Origin: an uncultured Acidimicrobiaceae bacterium
Lineage (GTDB): Bacteria > Actinomycetota > Acidimicrobiia > Acidimicrobiales > Bog-793
Assembly: GCA_963725355.1 (NCBI GenBank)
Contig: CAVRYE010000012.1
Span: 457,528 to 521,527 of the forward strand
DNA length: 64,000 nucleotides
Reading direction: 5' to 3'
Below the pieces are notes generated by a model. It was given only the letters and a program-made list of their open reading frames with translations. It was not told the DNA's origin and did not search any database. How positions within the stretch are numbered: the first letter of the stretch is position 1; each line of letters starts with the position of its first letter. A program made the position numbers and the translations under genes. Below, piece by piece: positions 61,091 to 64,000 of this stretch.

Positions 61091-62098
61091 ATGGAGCACG
61101 ACACTTTCCGACGAGGCCGTCCACCTCGCCGGCTGGTTTACCTACGTCTGGAAGAGGCGATCGCTGAGCTGTGCGAGCGCATGGGGGGACTGCCGTCGCC
61201 TGACGAGGCCGAAGGCATCTGGACCTCGATCTGGTATCAGGAGGCGCACCACTCCACAGCGATCGAAGGAAACACACTCGTTATCCAACAGGTCGAAACA
61301 CTCTTGGCCGAAGGCCGCGCTGTCGGGAACAAGGAACTCCGGGAGTACATGGAGGTGACCGGTTATGCCGAAGCCGCCAGGTGGGTCTACGGTCAGGCGC
61401 TCGATCCAGGCGACTGGGTCTCCGAAGGTCTGCTTACGCTGACCGAGGTTCGACACGTGCATGCGCTAGCCCTCGGCCCTGCGTGGAACGTGGCGCCGCA
61501 TCCGAACGCGACGACGAGCGAAAATCCGGGCAGCTTTCGCGAGCACGACATCCAACCATTCCCTGGAGGGACCACGCCACCGGCGTGGATCGAGGTCGAT
61601 GCAGCTATGACGGACTGGATCCGGTCGCTTTCGTTGATCGCCTCAGCCGATAATCCAGTCGAGACGATTGCTGCAGCGCACGCTGAATTCGAAAGGATCC
61701 ACCCCTTTCTTGACGGCAACGGACGAACGGGACGCCTTTTGCTCAACCTGCTGCTAGTCCGTTTGGGCTATCCACCCGCCGTCATCTATAGGAGGGACCG
61801 AGGCAGGTACCTCGGTGCGTTGCGAAAGGCCGATGCCGGGGATCCCGGGCCGCTCGGGGAGCTCATAGCGCGGGCTGTCACCGACAACCTCTATCGCTTC
61901 GTAGTGCCCGCCGTCGCAGGACCGCACCGATTGGTGCCGCTTGCCACTCTGGCGACGCCGAACCAGAGCGTTTTCGCTCTTCGCGCGGCAGTCGAGCGCG
62001 GGCGCCTAAAGGCCCAGAAGGGACCGGACGGTCAGTGGCGCAGCACGAAGGCTTGGGTCGACGAATACCTAGCGAGCAAGTACGAGCGCCGAGGCTGA
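61091..62098 (+). CDS. Fic family protein with C-terminal HTH
   Basis: HPFLDGNGRTGR catalytic motif, N-terminal inhibitory STAIEGN, C-terminal LRAAVERGRLKA...WR MerR/excisionase-like HTH. Confidence 0.92.
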   Translation: MEHDTFRRGRPPRRLVYLRLEEAIAELCERMGGLPSPDEAEGIWTSIWYQEAHHSTAIEGNTLVIQQVETLLAEGRAVGNKELREYMEVTGYAEAARWVYGQALDPGDWVSEGLLTLTEVRHVHALALGPAWNVAPHPNATTSENPGSFREHDIQPFPGGTTPPAWIEVDAAMTDWIRSLSLIASADNPVETIAAAHAEFERIHPFLDGNGRTGRLLLNLLLVRLGYPPAVIYRRDRGRYLGALRKADAGDPGPLGELIARAVTDNLYRFVVPAVAGPHRLVPLATLATPNQSVFALRAAVERGRLKAQKGPDGQWRSTKAWVDEYLASKYERRG

Positions 62099-63509
62099 GG
62101 GGACGTCCCATGAGTTGGTGTAAATCGCGCAGAGGGTCCACCACGTAGCGGACCACCGGAGTGAATCTCGACGTGTCCCTGACAAGACACGACAAGGAGA
62201 TCACTCCGATGGCCCAACATGATTTTGATCCCTATGCGCTTCTCGACGCGCTCCGCGCCGGCGGCGACGTCGATCTGATTCGAGCGAGCGTCGAGCTCGT
62301 TCTCCAGGCCCTCATCGAGGCCGAGGTGTCCGGCGTGATCGGTGCCGAACCCTATGAGCGCTCCGATGAGCGCACGAACTACCGAAACGGGCGCCGGCCC
62401 CGCCTGTTGTCGACCAAGGCCGGCGATGTCGAGCTGAAGATCCCGAAGCTGCGCTCGGGCTCGTTCTTTCCTCAGATCTTGGAGCGCCGCAGAAGGATCG
62501 ACCGGGCGCTGTACGCGGTGGTGATGGAGGCCTACGTGCACGGCGTGTCGACGCGAAAGGTCGACGACCTGGTCGAGGCGCTCGGTGCCGCCTCGGGGAT
62601 CTCGAAGTCCGAGGTCAGCAGGATCTGTTCTGAGCTCGACAAGGAGATGGAGGCCTTCCGGACCCGCCGTCTTGACCACGTCGCCTTCCCCTATCTGTTC
62701 TGTGACGCCACCTATGTAAAGGGGCGACTGCGCGGTCGCGTAGTCAGCCGGGCCGTGGTGGTCGTCACCGGCGTGACCGCCGAGGGCAACCGCGAGGTGC
62801 TCGGCTGCGACGTCGGCGACTCCGAGGACGGCACCTTTTGGACGGCGTTCCTCCGGGGGCTTCGCGAGCGGGGACTCTCGGGTGTCCGACTCGTCGTCTC
62901 CGATCAGCACCTCGGACTGAAAGAGGCGATCGGGAAGGTCTTCATCGGGGCCGCCTGGCAACGCTGCCGGGTGCACTTTTTACGCAACGCCCTCTCCGGT
63001 GTCCCGAAGGCGAAGACCCAGATGGTCGCCGCCGCCATCCGGACGATCTTCGCCCAGCCTGGGGCAGAGCACGTGGCCCAGCAGCTCGACGTAGTCGCCG
63101 ACACGCTCAGCTTCACTCTCCCCGGGGTCGCGCAGCTCCTGCTCGACGCGAAAGAGGACCTCGTCGCGTTCTCGAGCTTCCCGATCGCGCACTGGCCCAA
63201 GCTGTGGTCGACGAACCCCCTCGAGCGCGTGAACGCTGAGATCAAGCGCCGCACCAACGTCGTCGGCATCTTCCCCAACGACGCCGCGGTGCTCCGTCTC
63301 GTGACCGCGGTGCTGGTCGAACAGCACGATGAATGGGAGGTCGCCGAGCGCCGCTACCTCTCCGAGGAGTCGATGGTTCTCATCGACCAGGCCGTCAACG
63401 ACGAGCTCAGCGCGGAGGGGGTGTCATTGGCGATCATGAAGTGACAAACTGCACGCGCGTCGAGAGCGCTTCGGCTCAGCCGATTTACACCTCTCCGCGG
63501 GACGCGATC
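62099..63509 (+). mobile_element. IS256 family insertion sequence
   Basis: 29-bp imperfect terminal IRs (GGGGACGTCCC...GGTGTAAATCG / CGATTTACACC...GGGACGCGATC) and 8-bp target duplication GAGGCTGA (62091-62098, 63510-63517). Confidence 0.93.
62209..63444 (+). CDS. IS256 family transposase
   Basis: RNG.R, IPKLR.GSFFP, GVSTRKV, DATY, VSDQH.GL, WQRCRVHF, STNPLER.N.EIKRR. Confidence 0.95.
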   Translation: MAQHDFDPYALLDALRAGGDVDLIRASVELVLQALIEAEVSGVIGAEPYERSDERTNYRNGRRPRLLSTKAGDVELKIPKLRSGSFFPQILERRRRIDRALYAVVMEAYVHGVSTRKVDDLVEALGAASGISKSEVSRICSELDKEMEAFRTRRLDHVAFPYLFCDATYVKGRLRGRVVSRAVVVVTGVTAEGNREVLGCDVGDSEDGTFWTAFLRGLRERGLSGVRLVVSDQHLGLKEAIGKVFIGAAWQRCRVHFLRNALSGVPKAKTQMVAAAIRTIFAQPGAEHVAQQLDVVADTLSFTLPGVAQLLLDAKEDLVAFSSFPIAHWPKLWSTNPLERVNAEIKRRTNVVGIFPNDAAVLRLVTAVLVEQHDEWEVAERRYLSEESMVLIDQAVNDELSAEGVSLAIMK

Positions 63510-63804
63510 GAGGCTGACCTTGCGACGGTCGCGAGCCGAATCTTCCGCAAACGCTAGCGGTCGTCAATAGACCGAGCCACTGTTGGGCTTACGGTGTGGA
63601 CGCGATGGACGATTCCGTGGACAGAAGACCACATCACGGGCTTCAAAGTCTGCTGGAGAGAACTCGGCGGACTCAAAAACAGCCATGCCGCGGGGTCCAG
63701 CTGGCGACGACCTCGAGGGCGAGAGCCCGTCCCGACTTGATCATAAGGTATATATACAGGAAGATGTGACGAAGATGGTTAATCCTCCCTGTCAGGCTTC
63801 AGAC

Positions 63805-64000
63805 GTGGACCCAGAACAGCGCGCCGAGCTGTCCGAGATCGCCAAACAGCTGGCCGAGATCGCCCGCAGCGGACGAGTCCTGCCGGGCACGATCTCAGAG
63901 CGGCGTACTCGATGCGGGAGGCCCAACTGCGCCTGTCATGGCGATCCACCTAGGCTGCACGGTCCTTACTGGCACTGGACGCGAAAGGTTGCCGCGAAGA
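63805..64000 (+). CDS. DUF6788-like protein (transposase-associated), 3' truncated by window
   Basis: LPGTISERRTRCGRPNCACHGDPPRLHGPYWHWTRKV read directly from the sequence. Confidence 0.7.
   Translation, partial: MDPEQRAELSEIAKQLAEIARSGRVLPGTISERRTRCGRPNCACHGDPPRLHGPYWHWTRKVAAK

Noticed and set aside
63595-63625. Three short TGGAC repeats, possible integrase arm sites
   Set aside because: Too short to distinguish from chance
51516-64000. attR duplicate of the tRNA-Ala 3' end
   Set aside because: None seen by eye in the window; the right island boundary is undefined

Overview
High-GC actinobacterial chromosome segment. Gene content suggests an Acidimicrobiia-like organism, which is an inference. 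The housekeeping backbone carries thrB, sufC/sufS/sufU, aceE, rnhA, cysDNC, lpdA-dlaT-lipB/lipA, a gamma-glutamyl polyamine/amine catabolic operon, leuS and tRNA-Ala(GGC). Two accessory blocks interrupt it. (1) About 7-21.8 kb is a putative biofilm-matrix locus. It has four TasA-like SipW-substrate proteins (one with 7 Ig-like repeats), two SipW peptidases and a convergent polysaccharide module. Two variant c-di-GMP-II-type riboswitches bracket it, and an unexplained structured leader motif occurs twice inside it. (2) From about 51.5 kb to the window end is a decayed tRNA-Ala-linked defence island. It has an AbiE toxin-antitoxin pair, a HEPN-like protein, Fic and IS256. It also holds a seven-gene operon joining a Bil-like Ubl-E2-JAB-E1 conjugation cassette to an ECF-like sigma factor, an HTH/anti-sigma-like protein and an ImmA/IrrE peptidase with a 12-Cys tail. 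Many short frameshifts, dense in sufS/sufC, look like assembly or sequencing indels. All family calls come from motif recognition by eye; no searches were run.
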